A DNA stretch of 60,946 bases from Acidovorax sp. (GTDB lineage Bacteria > Pseudomonadota > Gammaproteobacteria > Burkholderiales > Burkholderiaceae_C): contig JANJSZ010000042.1 of the NCBI GenBank assembly GCA_024711405.1, forward strand, positions 1 through 60,946, written 5' to 3'. A program made the translations under genes and the position numbers. Below the pieces are notes generated by a model that was not told the DNA's origin, made no database searches, and saw only the letters and a program-made list of their open reading frames with translations. Shown one piece after another: positions 29,171 through 40,161 of this stretch. The stretch's first letter is position 1. Each line of letters opens with the position of its first letter.

Positions 29171-29799
29171 ACCTCTTGAATCTATGCCCCCCTCGTTGCC
29201 GCCTCTCATTGCTGGGTGCAGGCTTCGCCTTGCTGGTGCTTGCCGCAACACCCTGCTATGCCGCGCCAGGTGCGCACGGCCCCAATGGCGAGCACCTGGA
29301 TGCCCCCGCTCAAGCTGGGGCCCAAAGTGGCACCGGACCCAGCTTTGAGGCCCGCTCGGAAGCCTTCGAGTTGGTGGGCCGGCTGCAAGGCGGAGAGTTG
29401 TCCATCCTGATCAACCGCTTTGCCACCAATGAACCTGTGCTCAATGCCACAGTGGAAGTGGAGACGGGCGATCTCAAGGCGCCTGCCAAGTTCCATGCAG
29501 ATATGGGCGACTACGCCATCGACGATGCCAACATGCTCAAGGCTCTGGCGGCGCCCGGTGACCACCCCATGGTGGTCACCGTACTGGCGGGCAATGACTC
29601 CGACCTTCTGGACGGCACCCTCACGGTCGCGGGCGCCATGCTCGATGACCATGGTCACCCCCACGACGACGGTCACGCCCATGGGCCCTCCCGAACGGTC
29701 TGGCTGGCTGTGGCCCTGGCGGTCCTGGCGGCGGTCGGTTGGTTCCTTGGCCGCACGCCGAAGGCTGCAGGTACGTCCTCCAAAGGAGGTGCGCTGTGA
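29167..29799 (+). CDS. Periplasmic His-rich accessory protein with a C-terminal TM anchor
   Basis: Signal peptide, [25 protein letters not shown]-terminal hydrophobic helix. Confidence 0.75.
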   Translation: MNLLNLCPPRCRLSLLGAGFALLVLAATPCYAAPGAHGPNGEHLDAPAQAGAQSGTGPSFEARSEAFELVGRLQGGELSILINRFATNEPVLNATVEVETGDLKAPAKFHADMGDYAIDDANMLKALAAPGDHPMVVTVLAGNDSDLLDGTLTVAGAMLDDHGHPHDDGHAHGPSRTVWLAVALAVLAAVGWFLGRTPKAAGTSSKGGAL

Positions 29800-30962
29800 A
29801 CTCATCGACTCAAAAAACCAAGGCAACCAGCATGCTCCATGTTTTCGGCTTGAGTGTCATCACGTGCATCGCGGCGATGTTTCCACCTGCTGCCGTCGCA
29901 GCGCCGGGTGCCCATGGGCCGAACGGTGAGCATCTGGATGCCCCCACGGCGGTCAGCGCATCCGGTTTGATGCGGTTGCCAGACGGCAGTGTCAACGTTC
30001 CGATGCTCGCCCAACGGCGCCTGGGTATCCGCACACAGTTGACCCCTGAAACCCAGGCCGCCGCCACCATCGAGTTGTCAGGCCGTGTGGTCGTGGACCC
30101 CAATGCGAGTGGTCGTGTCCAGGCGATCCATGGGGGACGGATCGAAGCGGGACCACGCGGTCTGCCGGTTGCCGGTCAGACCGTGCGACAAGGAGAGGTG
30201 CTGGCCTATGTGGCTCACCACGCAGAACCCTATGCCTTGGCAAATCAGCAAGCCCAATTGGCAGATTTGCGTAGTGGCCGCGATCTGGCTGCACAGCGGG
30301 TGCAGCGGCTGCAGTCCCTCGAAGGCACGGTGCCGCGCAAGGAGATCGAGGCGGCACGTGCTGAGCTGCAGAGCCTTACCGCGCGCGAAAAAAGCATTGG
30401 AGCGAGCCTTGCTGCCCGAGAGGCCTTGCTGGCTCCCGTCTCCGGGGTGATTGCAAGGGCTGATGTGACCAAAGGCCAGGTGGTTGAGGCCCGCGAAGTG
30501 TTGTTCGATGTGATTGACCCGGCACGCGTGCTGGTGGAGGCCACTACGGCAGATCCTGGCTTGCCCGCACGCGTCGGCCAAGCCCACATGCAGGGGGTGC
30601 CTGGAGTCAAGTTGCAGCTGGTCGGCGCTGCGCGCAGCCTGCGCGATGGCGTGCTGCCAATGACCTTCAGGGCGGTCCCGGAGCAATCGGGCACGGCTTT
30701 GCCGCTGGCGGTCGGACAGCCTGTCACCGTCGTGGCCTCGCTGAACGAGCAGGTCAAAGGCTACGTCCTGCCTGCGCAGGCCGTCGTGCGCAACAGTGCC
30801 AACGAACCGGTGGTCTGGATCAAGTCCGGCGCAGAGCGCTACATTCCCCAGCCGGTGCAGTACCGGTCTCTGGACGCCGCCACTGTGGTCGTCACGCAGG
30901 GCCTGGGCGCTGACAACCGCGTGGTGGTGCAAGGTGCACCGCTGATCGCACAGATCCGCTGA
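29796..30962 (+). CDS. RND periplasmic adaptor (CzcB-like)
   Basis: GTG start overlapping the upstream stop; lipoyl half-motifs [10 protein letters not shown] and APVSGVI...[18 protein letters not shown]. Confidence 0.88.
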   Translation: MNSSTQKTKATSMLHVFGLSVITCIAAMFPPAAVAAPGAHGPNGEHLDAPTAVSASGLMRLPDGSVNVPMLAQRRLGIRTQLTPETQAAATIELSGRVVVDPNASGRVQAIHGGRIEAGPRGLPVAGQTVRQGEVLAYVAHHAEPYALANQQAQLADLRSGRDLAAQRVQRLQSLEGTVPRKEIEAARAELQSLTAREKSIGASLAAREALLAPVSGVIARADVTKGQVVEAREVLFDVIDPARVLVEATTADPGLPARVGQAHMQGVPGVKLQLVGAARSLRDGVLPMTFRAVPEQSGTALPLAVGQPVTVVASLNEQVKGYVLPAQAVVRNSANEPVVWIKSGAERYIPQPVQYRSLDAATVVVTQGLGADNRVVVQGAPLIAQIR

Positions 30963-30976
30963 ACGGAGCCCACGCA

Positions 30977-33900
30977 ATGTTCAATTGGATCGTAAGGAAC
31001 AGCCTTCACAACCGCCTGTTCGTCCTGGCGGTCGCGGCGCTGCTGATGGTCTACGGGGCTATCACCGCATGGCGCACGCCAGTCGATGTGTTTCCTGACC
31101 TCAACAAACCCCTGGTCACCGTCTTGACGGAAGCAGGAGGTATGGCACCCGAAGAAGTCGAGCAACTGGTGACCTTCCCTCTGGAGACCGCGCTCAACGG
31201 CATGCCGGGGGTCACGCGCGTGCGCTCCACGTCAGGGGTGGGCCTGTCCATCCTCTATGCCGAGTTCGATTGGGGGACGGACATCTACCGCAACCGCCAG
31301 CTCGTTGCGGAGCGCCTGGCACTGGTGCGGGAGCAACTCCCAGGGGGCATCACGCCCGTCATGGGGCCAGTGTCTTCCATCATGGGCGAAGTCATGCTCA
31401 TCGCACTGCCGTTGGCGGCAGGCGATGGTAAGGCCGCTGCAGCGACACCCATGCAGGCCCGGGAGTACGCGGACTTCGTGCTGCGCCCAAGACTTCTGTC
31501 GATTCCAGGGGTGTCTCAGGTCATCCCTATCGGCGGCGAAGTACGTCAGTTGCGGGTGGAGCCTGATACCGCGCGCATGGCGCAGTTTGGGGTGACATTG
31601 ACACAGATTGAGCAGGCCCTTCGAGGCTTTGCGGGGAATGCGGGAGGTGGCTTCATCGACCTCAACAGCCGCGAATTCCTCATCCGCCACATCGGCCGTA
31701 CCAGCCGTGTCGAGGATCTGCAGGGTGTGGCCGTTGCCTGGAGGGACGGCCGAGCCATCTTGCTGGAACAGGTGGCCAATGTCCGGTTCGCTGCCGCCAT
31801 GAAGCGCGGCGACGCCGGATACAGCGGCGTGCCCGCCGTCATCGTCAGTGTGCAAAAACAGCCTGCGGCCGATACCGTCAAGCTCACCCACGCCATCGAA
31901 GCGGCATTAGGGGATCTCAAACAGGGGCTGCCCGTGGGCTTGGCTGCTCCGAAGGTGTTGTTTCGCCAGGCGGACTTCATCGAGGCGTCTATCGGCAACG
32001 TGACCGAGGCCTTGCGTGATGGTGCCATCATGGTAGCCATCGTGTTGTTCGCCTTCCTGTTGTCCGCGCGAACCACTTTGATCTCGCTCGTGGCGATTCC
32101 CCTGTCGCTGGCCGTGACAGCCATGGTCTTCCGGCTGCTGGACCAGTCCATCAACGTCATGACTCTGGGTGGCCTGGCCATTGCCATTGGCGAACTGGTG
32201 GACGACGCGGTGGTGGATGTGGAGAACATCCTGCGCAGGCTGAAGCAAAACCGTGCCCAGGGCAATCCACTGTCCATGCTGGAGGTCGTGCGTCGGGCGA
32301 GCGTGGAAGTCCGCTCGGGCATCGTCTACGCCACCGCCATCGTGGTGCTGGTGTTTGTGCCGCTCTTTGCGCTGCCGGGCATCGAGGGTCGCCTGTTCAC
32401 GCCCCTGGGCATCGCCTATATCGTGTCGGTGCTTGCATCGATGCTGGTCTCAATGACGGTGACGCCGGCGTTGTGCCTTTACCTGTTGCCGGGGATGAAA
32501 CGGCTGGACCATGGTGACAGCACCCTGGTCGCCTGGCTCAAGCGGCGGGATGCGCAAGTGCTCAGCTGGTCGTTTTCTCGCGCCAAGTTGCTGATGGCTG
32601 TCGCCGCACTGGCGGTGGCGGCTGCGGCGGCCAGTGTCCCGTTTTTCCCGCGCGCCTTTCTTCCGGCGTTCAATGAGGGCTCGCTGGTGCTGGGCATGGT
32701 GTTCAACCCGGGCACGGCGCTGGCGGAAGCCAATCGCATGGGCGCGTTGGCCGAGACGCTGATCGCTGAGGTCCCCGAGGTCACCCAGGTTGGGCGCCGG
32801 ACGGGACGCGCCGAGCTGGATGAACATGCCGAAGGCGTGCATTCGGCCGAGATCGATGTGGACCTGAAGCGGTCCGCCCGGGACCGCGAGGCCGTGATGG
32901 CAGATATCCGTGCCCGTTTGGCCGTCCTTCCAGCCCAGGTGGCCATTGGCCAGCCTATTTCCCACCGCCTGGATCACCTCTTGTCAGGGGTGCGGGCGCA
33001 GATCGCGCTCAAGATTTTCGGCGATGACACGGACACCTTGCGGGGCCTGGCCGAGCAGATGCGCCAGGGAGTCTCGGGCGTTCCAGGGCTGGTGGATTTG
33101 ACGGTGGAAAAGCAGGTGCTGATCCCCCAGATCACGGTACGGCTGGACCACCGCAAGGCCGCGCAGGTTGGGCTGTCCCCGGGGGAGGCTGTGCGGCTCC
33201 TACAGGCCCTGACAGATGGTGCCCATGGTGCGCAGATCGTGGATGGACTTCGCCGCTATGAACTGGTGCTGCGCCTGCCCGATGACAAACGCAGCCCGCA
33301 GGATCTGGCGCGCACACTGATCGACACCCCAGCGGGGCAGATACCGGTGTCTGCCATCGCCACGGTCGAGGAAACCGATGGCCCCAACCAGATTGGCCGA
33401 GAAAACGGTCGTCGGCGCATCGTGGTCTATGCCAACACGGACGGCTCCGACATGGGCCGCGTCATTGCAGACATTCGTGCGGTGATGGCAAAGACGCCAT
33501 TGCCACCGGGGACCTTTCTGAGTCTGGAAGGCCAGTTCCAGGCCCAGGAGCAAGCGATGCAACTGATCGTCGGCTTGTCGCTGGTGTCTTTGGCAATGAT
33601 CTTTCTCGTTCTGTATGTACGCTACAAGTCGGCTGTGTTGGCCGGGATCATCATGGCCAATATTCCGCTTGCGCTGATCGGCAGCGTGGCTGCGATGTGG
33701 CTGGCGGGGGTGAGCCTGTCGGTGGCCTCCATGGTGGGCTTCATCACGCTGGCGGGCATTGCCACGCGCAACGGGATTTTGAAGGTCAGCCACTACATCA
33801 ACCTGTGCAAGTTCGAGGGAGAGGTCTTCGGCCAAACCATGATCGTGCGCGGCTCGCTGGAGCGGTTGACCCCGGTCTTGATGACGGCGCTGGTGGCCGC

Positions 33901-34123
33901 CTTTGCGCTGACCCCGCTGCTGCTGGCGGCCGATGCACCTGGTAAAGAAATCCTGCATCCGGTGGCGGTCGTGATTTTTGGTGGACTCGTCAGCTCGACC
34001 TTGCTAGATACGCTGCTCACGCCTGTGATGTTCTGGCTGTTTGGAGAGCGGGCGATGAGGCGCCTGATCGAAGCTGATGCCCAGATGCAAACCGAGGGTA
34101 GAACGACGCTGGAAGCCTATTGA
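30977..34123 (+). CDS. Heavy-metal efflux RND permease (CzcA/CusA family)
   Basis: 1048 aa; [55 protein letters not shown]. Confidence 0.95.
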   Translation: MFNWIVRNSLHNRLFVLAVAALLMVYGAITAWRTPVDVFPDLNKPLVTVLTEAGGMAPEEVEQLVTFPLETALNGMPGVTRVRSTSGVGLSILYAEFDWGTDIYRNRQLVAERLALVREQLPGGITPVMGPVSSIMGEVMLIALPLAAGDGKAAAATPMQAREYADFVLRPRLLSIPGVSQVIPIGGEVRQLRVEPDTARMAQFGVTLTQIEQALRGFAGNAGGGFIDLNSREFLIRHIGRTSRVEDLQGVAVAWRDGRAILLEQVANVRFAAAMKRGDAGYSGVPAVIVSVQKQPAADTVKLTHAIEAALGDLKQGLPVGLAAPKVLFRQADFIEASIGNVTEALRDGAIMVAIVLFAFLLSARTTLISLVAIPLSLAVTAMVFRLLDQSINVMTLGGLAIAIGELVDDAVVDVENILRRLKQNRAQGNPLSMLEVVRRASVEVRSGIVYATAIVVLVFVPLFALPGIEGRLFTPLGIAYIVSVLASMLVSMTVTPALCLYLLPGMKRLDHGDSTLVAWLKRRDAQVLSWSFSRAKLLMAVAALAVAAAAASVPFFPRAFLPAFNEGSLVLGMVFNPGTALAEANRMGALAETLIAEVPEVTQVGRRTGRAELDEHAEGVHSAEIDVDLKRSARDREAVMADIRARLAVLPAQVAIGQPISHRLDHLLSGVRAQIALKIFGDDTDTLRGLAEQMRQGVSGVPGLVDLTVEKQVLIPQITVRLDHRKAAQVGLSPGEAVRLLQALTDGAHGAQIVDGLRRYELVLRLPDDKRSPQDLARTLIDTPAGQIPVSAIATVEETDGPNQIGRENGRRRIVVYANTDGSDMGRVIADIRAVMAKTPLPPGTFLSLEGQFQAQEQAMQLIVGLSLVSLAMIFLVLYVRYKSAVLAGIIMANIPLALIGSVAAMWLAGVSLSVASMVGFITLAGIATRNGILKVSHYINLCKFEGEVFGQTMIVRGSLERLTPVLMTALVAAFALTPLLLAADAPGKEILHPVAVVIFGGLVSSTLLDTLLTPVMFWLFGERAMRRLIEADAQMQTEGRTTLEAY

Positions 34124-34224
34124 CTCCGCACAAATCACTCCAGTTTTCGCTGTTCCCGTAGGCATTTAGGCGCCGCCTTTTAAAGCGCGCCGTTTCACGC
34201 AATTTTTCATTCAAAGGAAACGCA

Positions 34225-34620
34225 ATGACCATTAAGTCCAAACTCTCCCAACTGACTGCTGGTGCTCTGATGCTTGCCGCATCTGCACTCGTCGCTCCTA
34301 CGGCAATGGCCCATGGAGCTGCCGCCCCCATGCATGGAGGTGTCGTGCAGACCGCCGCTGACTTGTCGTTTGAGCTGGTTGCCACTGGCGAAGGCGCGCA
34401 GATCTACGTGCAGGATCACGGCAAAGACGCGGATGCCTCGCGGTTCGAGGGCAAGCTGACGGTTCTCAACGGCGCAGACAAATCCGAAGCACCCCTGAAA
34501 CCATCAGGTGCGAACAAGCTGGAGGCTAAGGGTGTCACCTTGTCTAAGGGCGCCAAGGCCGTCGCGGTGCTGACCACCAGTAGCCAAAAGAGTATTACCG
34601 TGCGTTTCACGGTCAAATAA
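34225..34620 (+). CDS. Periplasmic protein associated with metal RND clusters
   Basis: Signal peptide ending AMA/HG, P.HGG motif, small beta-rich domain. Confidence 0.75.
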   Translation: MTIKSKLSQLTAGALMLAASALVAPTAMAHGAAAPMHGGVVQTAADLSFELVATGEGAQIYVQDHGKDADASRFEGKLTVLNGADKSEAPLKPSGANKLEAKGVTLSKGAKAVAVLTTSSQKSITVRFTVK

Positions 34621-34627
34621 GACACCC

Positions 34628-35683
34628 ATGGCGCACGAATCTCTGCCCCTTCCTGCACTGCGAGGTGGTCTGCTGGCTTTGCTGGCCGCAGCCTTGTTCG
34701 GTATCAGTACTCCCATGGTCCAGAGGCTGGGTACAGGGCTGGGGGCATTCACGACGGCCGCGCTGCTGTACGCAGGGGCGACTGTCGTTGGAGCCTTGTC
34801 CCTGCGCACCGCCGCCCACGAGGCCAGGTTGCAGAGATCCGATGCATGGCGCCTCATCGCCATGGCGGGATTCGGCGCCGCCCTGGGCCCTGTCGCCCTG
34901 TCCTGGGGATTGCAGCACACGAGCGGCGCCAGCGCCTCTCTCATGCTCACGTTGGAAGCGCTATTCACGGCCACGTTAGCGTGGTGGCTGTACAGCGAAA
35001 CCATGGACCGCCGCGTGTGGGCTGCCATGCTTCTTTTGCTGGCCGGTGGTATGGCTTTGGTCATGGACCAGGGCCTGCAGGGCGGCACGCAGCTGCTTGG
35101 TCTGCTTGCCGTGCTGTTGGCAACCGTGGCCTGGGGCGTGGACAACACCCTATCCCGGGGATTGGCCGAGCGCGATCCCAGTCAAGTCGTGATGGCCAAG
35201 GCGTCGCTTGGAGCCGCTGCGACAGCATGTCTTGCCATGGTGTCGGGAGAGCCTTTGCCCTCCGTGACAGCAGCTCTAGGACTCTTTGCAGTAGGGGCCA
35301 CGGGGTATGGCTTGAGTCTTCGGTTCTACCTTCTGGCGCAGCGGGCTTTTGGCGCGGCGCGGACTGGCTCCGTGTTCGCTTTTGCTCCTTTCATCGGTGC
35401 GGCTGTGGCCTTCGGCTTCGGTGAACGGTCTGCAGGCTGGTTGATGCTGCTCGGGGGGCTTCTGATGCTTGCGGGTGTGCTGCTGCATTTGGCAGAAAGC
35501 CACGGGCATGAACATGCGCATGAGCCGATGGAGCATGAGCATGCCCACCGTCACGACGATGGACACCATACGCACGCGCATGACGTGATGCCCACGGGGA
35601 GCCATAGCCACGTGCACTTCCATGAGCCGGTCACCCATGCCCATCCCCATGCGCCAGATGTTCACCATCAGCATAGGCATTGA
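34628..35683 (+). CDS. DMT/EamA transporter with a His-rich C-terminal tail
   Basis: About 10 TM segments; tail H.HEH.HE..EHEH.H.HDDGHH.H.H...HPH.PD.HH.H.H. Confidence 0.9.
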   Translation: MAHESLPLPALRGGLLALLAAALFGISTPMVQRLGTGLGAFTTAALLYAGATVVGALSLRTAAHEARLQRSDAWRLIAMAGFGAALGPVALSWGLQHTSGASASLMLTLEALFTATLAWWLYSETMDRRVWAAMLLLLAGGMALVMDQGLQGGTQLLGLLAVLLATVAWGVDNTLSRGLAERDPSQVVMAKASLGAAATACLAMVSGEPLPSVTAALGLFAVGATGYGLSLRFYLLAQRAFGAARTGSVFAFAPFIGAAVAFGFGERSAGWLMLLGGLLMLAGVLLHLAESHGHEHAHEPMEHEHAHRHDDGHHTHAHDVMPTGSHSHVHFHEPVTHAHPHAPDVHHQHRH

Positions 35684-35722
35684 CCCAACCAGATGTCTCA
35701 AGACTGTCGCAAAGGAACTTTG

Positions 35723-36100
35723 ATGATGAAAAAAATCAAGCTTTCGCTGGTTGCAGCGTTGGCATTCTTGATGATTTCTGGCTGCAGCACCCCTGTTTAC
35801 GAAAACCAATACGCTGTGTCCGAAGGCTGGAGAATCGGCAAGGTCACCAAACTGGTCACCGCAGAAGAATTCTTGAAGATGGGTAGCCCTCGCTGCCGGG
35901 GAATGGAGATTCGCCCCAATGGCCGCTTTGCATTCATTCAGACGCAAGTGACCCGAACGCGCGGTCACTTTGCCAAAGTGGATCCGGGCACTGGCATAGC
36001 AGTGGGCGACAAGGTCTACTTCAACGCATCGAAGTGTGACCAACCTCCAATAGTGCCGAAATTCCCGCATGGGTCCAAGACGGGGCAAGCGCTGTTGTAG
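35723..36100 (+). CDS. Putative lipoprotein
   Basis: RBS AAGGA; MMKKIK, hydrophobic stretch, lipobox ISGC. Confidence 0.65.
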   Translation: MMKKIKLSLVAALAFLMISGCSTPVYENQYAVSEGWRIGKVTKLVTAEEFLKMGSPRCRGMEIRPNGRFAFIQTQVTRTRGHFAKVDPGTGIAVGDKVYFNASKCDQPPIVPKFPHGSKTGQALL

Positions 36101-36116
36101 AGGCTGACTTGTAGCC

Positions 36117-36515
36117 TCAACGCGGTGGACTCTTTCTGACCGTACCCACATACACCACGCTGCCCGCATCGCGGTACTGCAATTGAACCCCGACACGTAC
36201 CACATCAAAGCAGACCGGTGAAACCTTGCTGACCTCTGGCAACAGCAAGCACAGCTGGTTGTCCTGCGCGCTCCAGCGTCCGGTGCGTGTGCGGCCGTTC
36301 TCCGAACGCTCCAGACGCCCATCCAGAAAGTAGTCATGCCCCCAATGACGCCCGTCGGTGACATGGTGCCCGCCCAGCGAGGAACGGATTTGCGCCGTGG
36401 TCAGTTTGGTTTCAGGGGGCGCTGCGCAGGCCAATGGCACCAGCGTCAAGCACAGGAAATGCGCGCACAACACCCTGCTGAAGCGGTGGAGCCACCGCTC
36501 AGCACCCGCCGTCAT
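36117..36515 (-). CDS. Hypothetical exported protein at the end of the chr operon
   Basis: ATGA-coupled to chrF; signal-like segment; GRW....QLCL...CFDV. Confidence 0.6.
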   Translation of the reverse strand: MTAGAERWLHRFSRVLCAHFLCLTLVPLACAAPPETKLTTAQIRSSLGGHHVTDGRHWGHDYFLDGRLERSENGRTRTGRWSAQDNQLCLLLPEVSKVSPVCFDVVRVGVQLQYRDAGSVVYVGTVRKSPPR

Positions 36516-36970
36516 GCCGCCGCGCTCGGTGGCCAATTGTGGGTTTCTGACTGGCACGATTGGCACCACGCATACAGCGCGTCGTACATCACCATGCCAT
36601 GCCCCAGCATTTCGTGGTCATTGCGGAAGGTCTGGGACAGACCGAGCGACAGCGCGTACAGGCCCGCAGACTGTGGCGCCAGGTCCAGTCGGGAGGTGTC
36701 CGCACCCCGCACGATCACGGCCAGTTGCTGCAGTGCGGGCTCGGTGAGGTCGTATTTTTTGAGAAAGGCGTCGAAGCTGCAATGCTCACCGTCGTGGGTC
36801 ATTTCCACGCCGGGCACGTCGTAGGGGATCGCACCTGTGTCTTGGGCCACCCGAAGCACGGAGGCCGCAGGCACGTAGAGAAACTCAGGTGCCTTGTCGA
36901 TGAACCGGGCAATCAGCCAGGGGCAGGCGATGCGGTCGATCTTCGGTCGCTCGCGGGTGACCCATTTCAT
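36512..36970 (-). CDS. chrF: Chromate resistance protein ChrF (ChrB C-terminal-like domain)
   Basis: MKWVTRERPKIDRIACPWLI.RFID, H.G..CSFDA, IVRGADT, YDALY.W. Confidence 0.9.
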   Translation of the reverse strand: MKWVTRERPKIDRIACPWLIARFIDKAPEFLYVPAASVLRVAQDTGAIPYDVPGVEMTHDGEHCSFDAFLKKYDLTEPALQQLAVIVRGADTSRLDLAPQSAGLYALSLGLSQTFRNDHEMLGHGMVMYDALYAWCQSCQSETHNWPPSAAA

Positions 36971-37886
36971 GTGGCACCTCCTGGTGTTTCCAGAGGCAGG
37001 CCAGCGGCTTGCCAGGCCTCAATGCCACCCACGAGGTAGCGTGCATCCAGGCCGCGTGCACGCAAGGTGAGGGCCGTTGAGCGCCCGATGTCCTTGCCGC
37101 GTAGGCAGTACAGCAGAACCGGCTTCGATGCATCGAGTTCCTGGCTCCACTCATGCACGCGCGACGGGTCGCGCCAGGTGCCCCGGCAATGACCTGCGGG
37201 CTTTGCAGATAGTCCTCTTGGCGCCTCACGTCGAGCTTGCCTGGCACACCAGCCAATGCACCGCCCGTGTCGATGCCAAACGCCAACGCATCCGCCTCGA
37301 CAGCAGCGCCGTAGCGCTTGTAAACCTTGTCCCACTGAATGTTGGCCATGAACGCATCCACATAGGCGCCTGCCTTGGCGCCAAAGTCCAGGTGGTAGGC
37401 GTGCTCGTACATGTCCAGTGCCAGCACCGGAGTGGCGCCCGCCAGAAGGTGCGTGTGGTCTGCTGCCCAGTGGTTGATGAGGCGGCTTTCGCGGGAAGAC
37501 CAGGACAGCAAGGCCCATCCCGATCCACCGCCCATGGCCTTGGCCAGCCCGATGAATTGGCTGCGCCAGGCGTCCACGGAGCCAAAGTCACGCGTGAGCG
37601 CAATGTTGAGGCCACACGATGGCAGCACACCATTGCCCCCCAGGTTGTCGAAGTACAGCTCGTGCAGGAACGCCGAGTTGGCCGCGATCAATTCCTCGCG
37701 CTTGAGGCCGTTGATGGTGAAGGTGGCAGCTGTGCTCCAGTCCAGCACTGCGAGTTCGCTGCGGATGGCGTTCAGGCGCTTGACGGCGCCAGCGTAGTTG
37801 TTCTCGTAGTGGCTGGTGATCAGGTGATTCGACAAGCCAGGCAGCTGATCGGTATTCAGCGTCAGGGGGCGGATTTGGTACTTCAT
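36967..37886 (-). pseudogene. chrC: Fe/Mn superoxide dismutase (ChrC)-rhodanese (ChrE-like) fusion, frameshifted near 37180
   Basis: SOD motifs SHYENNY, LHELYF, DMYEHAY in one frame up to VIAGA; the rhodanese continuation TWRDP...LYC..G...YLVGGIEAW is in another frame. Confidence 0.85.
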
Positions 37887-37917
37887 GCAGTTCTCCTTCA
37901 GATGGCTAGGCTCTGGG

Positions 37918-39126
37918 TCAGACGTGGGTAATAAGCGGGTAGACGGCCAGGCCAATCAAGGCTGCAGCAAGCACAACCACCGGCTCGGGCAGCTTCTTGA
38001 ACCGCCACAGCACAGCCGTGGTGGCAAGAAACAGCGCAGCGGTGGGCAGGTCCACGATGGACCGCTGGCCCAGTACCACCACCGCCCCCGCAATAGCACC
38101 CACGGCAGCGGCAGTCACGCCATCCACAAACGCCACCACACCAGGGTGCTTGCCATGCTTTTTGAAGTACGGCGCCGGGATCACTGTGAGCAGATAACAG
38201 GGCAGAAAAGTCGCAGCCGCAGCAACCACCGCGCCCCAAAAGCCGCAGGTCAAAAAACCAATGAACCCCGTGGTGATGACGACCGGGCCTGGGGTGATCA
38301 TGGCCACGGCCACGGCGTCTACGAACTGGCGATCGGTCAGCCATGCGTACTCTTTGACCACCCCGCCGTAGAGGAACGGCACGATGGCCAGGCCGCTGCC
38401 AAAGACGAATGCCCCTGCATAAGTGAAGTACGCGGCAATCTGCCCGAGCTTTTGCCAGTCGAGGTGGTCCAGGCTGAGTGCCCCGGCGATGGGGGCTGCC
38501 CATGCCATGCTGTGCAGCCGCCCCCCAGCCCGCTTCAATGGGCCGCGCACGGCCCACACCAACAACCCCGCGCCGAGAAAGACCCAGATCACTTCGGACT
38601 GGGTGGCAATGGTCACGCCCGCGCTGACCAGGTAGATGGCCCCGAGCAGCCTGTCCTTGCCCACGCTCTTGGTCGTGAGCTTGTAGGCACTCAAGGCAAT
38701 GATGCCGATGACGGAGGCGCCCACGCCATAGAAGACTGCCTGCATCCAGGAGATGCCGCCGTAGGCTTTGTAGGCAGCCCCCAGTGCCACCACCATCGCA
38801 AAAGACGGCAGCACAAACGCCACGCCGACCAGCGTGGCGCCCCACAAGCGGAAATGCACATAGCCGAGGTAGATGGCCAACTGCGCAGCCAAAGGGCCTG
38901 GCATGAGCTGGGCCAGGGCCATGCCCTCCTTGTAGTCGGCATCTGAAATCCAGCCGCGTTGCTCCACCAGATCGCGGTACATGTAGCCGACCAGTGCCAC
39001 GGGGCCACCAAAGCCCAGCGTGCCCAGGCGCAGCATGTACAGCACCAGTTGCCACAGCGTGTAGACAGGAGCACTGGTAGTGCTGGCATCCGGCGCTGCC
39101 GTTACCTTGGGATCGTTCATGTTCAT
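37918..39126 (-). CDS. chrA: Chromate efflux transporter
   Basis: GFGGP, AQLMPGP, FGSG, AMITPGP motifs of the CHR family. Confidence 0.95.
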   Translation of the reverse strand: MNMNDPKVTAAPDASTTSAPVYTLWQLVLYMLRLGTLGFGGPVALVGYMYRDLVEQRGWISDADYKEGMALAQLMPGPLAAQLAIYLGYVHFRLWGATLVGVAFVLPSFAMVVALGAAYKAYGGISWMQAVFYGVGASVIGIIALSAYKLTTKSVGKDRLLGAIYLVSAGVTIATQSEVIWVFLGAGLLVWAVRGPLKRAGGRLHSMAWAAPIAGALSLDHLDWQKLGQIAAYFTYAGAFVFGSGLAIVPFLYGGVVKEYAWLTDRQFVDAVAVAMITPGPVVITTGFIGFLTCGFWGAVVAAAATFLPCYLLTVIPAPYFKKHGKHPGVVAFVDGVTAAAVGAIAGAVVVLGQRSIVDLPTAALFLATTAVLWRFKKLPEPVVVLAAALIGLAVYPLITHV

Positions 39127-39144
39127 TCCTGAGGGGGTGAGGTG

Positions 39145-40107
39145 CTACGGTTTGCGGTGGGTAGAGAAATGCGCATGGAGCGAGTCCAGCACCCCGCCCA
39201 CATCGGCCAACAGGGTGTCGTCGTCTGGCCAGCGCTTGCGTGCACCGGCCAGCACGGCTTCGAAGCCACCCGCTTCGGGCGTGGTCGCGCCCCCCACATC
39301 CAGGGCATGCACCATGGCCCCCAGGCGCTGCAGGCCGCGATCACCGTCCAGGCCAAAGCTCGCCAGCAGCACCTCAAACGTCACCCTCTCACCCACATGC
39401 GAAAACGTGGCGCCGTCGAAGTCAAAGCCCAGTGCATCCGCAGGGCAGTCTGTGATGGCGTTCAGCCACACAAAGCGCGCGCTGGGGTCGATGAAGCGCT
39501 GAATGAGCCAGGCGCTGGCCACGCGATCGACCCAGAGATGGCGGCGCGTCGCCCAGAGCCGCCCTTGGTATTGCATGCGGTCACGCCGTGCAATACGGCC
39601 CGCTGTGGCCTGAGGCTCGCCGGGTGACTGCAAGGCCTCCACGGCGTTGGTGAAGTCGCGCCACTGGGCTTCGGCCCGGATGGAGGCTTCGCCCGGAAAG
39701 AAGTCGATCTTGCGGATCGCCTCGTAGGTGCGCGCATATCGGCGCTGCAAGCGCTGAAGCTCGGCGCCCACCAGCGTGGGCAAAAGCTGGCGGGCTTGCG
39801 CCAACTCGTCCAGCCAAGGCATGTAGTCGGCTGTGCGGTCAAACAGTGCCTGATAGGCCGCTTGCTCAGCCATGTCCTGGGCATGCACATGGAGCAGCCA
39901 GGCTTGCCCGCCTTCCTGCAGGGTCTCGTCGGCCAGCGTTTGCAGTTGCGCAGCCTGTTCCGTCCGTGCTGGCAATAGGTACGCCCCGTCGCGTAGGGCA
40001 GCACAGCCCAGTGCCTTGACAGCGCGCCAAATGCGCATGCGCGCCGTCGCTGCCGCAGATGGGAGACTGACGACAAAGGCCAGCCAAGAGTCAGAGGTGA
40101 GAGACAT
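39145..40107 (-). CDS. chrB: Chromate-responsive regulator
   Basis: RMRIWR..K.LG...LRDG.Y.LP, IDFF, WATR...VDR.ASAWLI.RFID, FDFDGA.FSH. Confidence 0.93.
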   Translation of the reverse strand: MSLTSDSWLAFVVSLPSAAATARMRIWRAVKALGCAALRDGAYLLPARTEQAAQLQTLADETLQEGGQAWLLHVHAQDMAEQAAYQALFDRTADYMPWLDELAQARQLLPTLVGAELQRLQRRYARTYEAIRKIDFFPGEASIRAEAQWRDFTNAVEALQSPGEPQATAGRIARRDRMQYQGRLWATRRHLWVDRVASAWLIQRFIDPSARFVWLNAITDCPADALGFDFDGATFSHVGERVTFEVLLASFGLDGDRGLQRLGAMVHALDVGGATTPEAGGFEAVLAGARKRWPDDDTLLADVGGVLDSLHAHFSTHRKP

Positions 40108-40145
40108 GGCGGCAGCTTAGTGTGCCGTAATGGCTGTTGCAATGA

Positions 40146-40161
40146 TGTAGTTATCTCTACA
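40146..40161. promoter_or_regulatory. Putative ChrB operator
   Basis: TGTAG-N6-CTACA palindrome ~40 bp upstream of chrB, fitting the GTAG-N6-CTAC form I recall for ChrB sites. Confidence 0.65.

Noticed and set aside
35500-35680. Repetitive CAY/GAG-rich DNA (also ATG-rich 54720-55030 and 9-mers at 56875-56925)
   Set aside because: Fully explained by His-, Met- and Gly/His-rich coding sequence.
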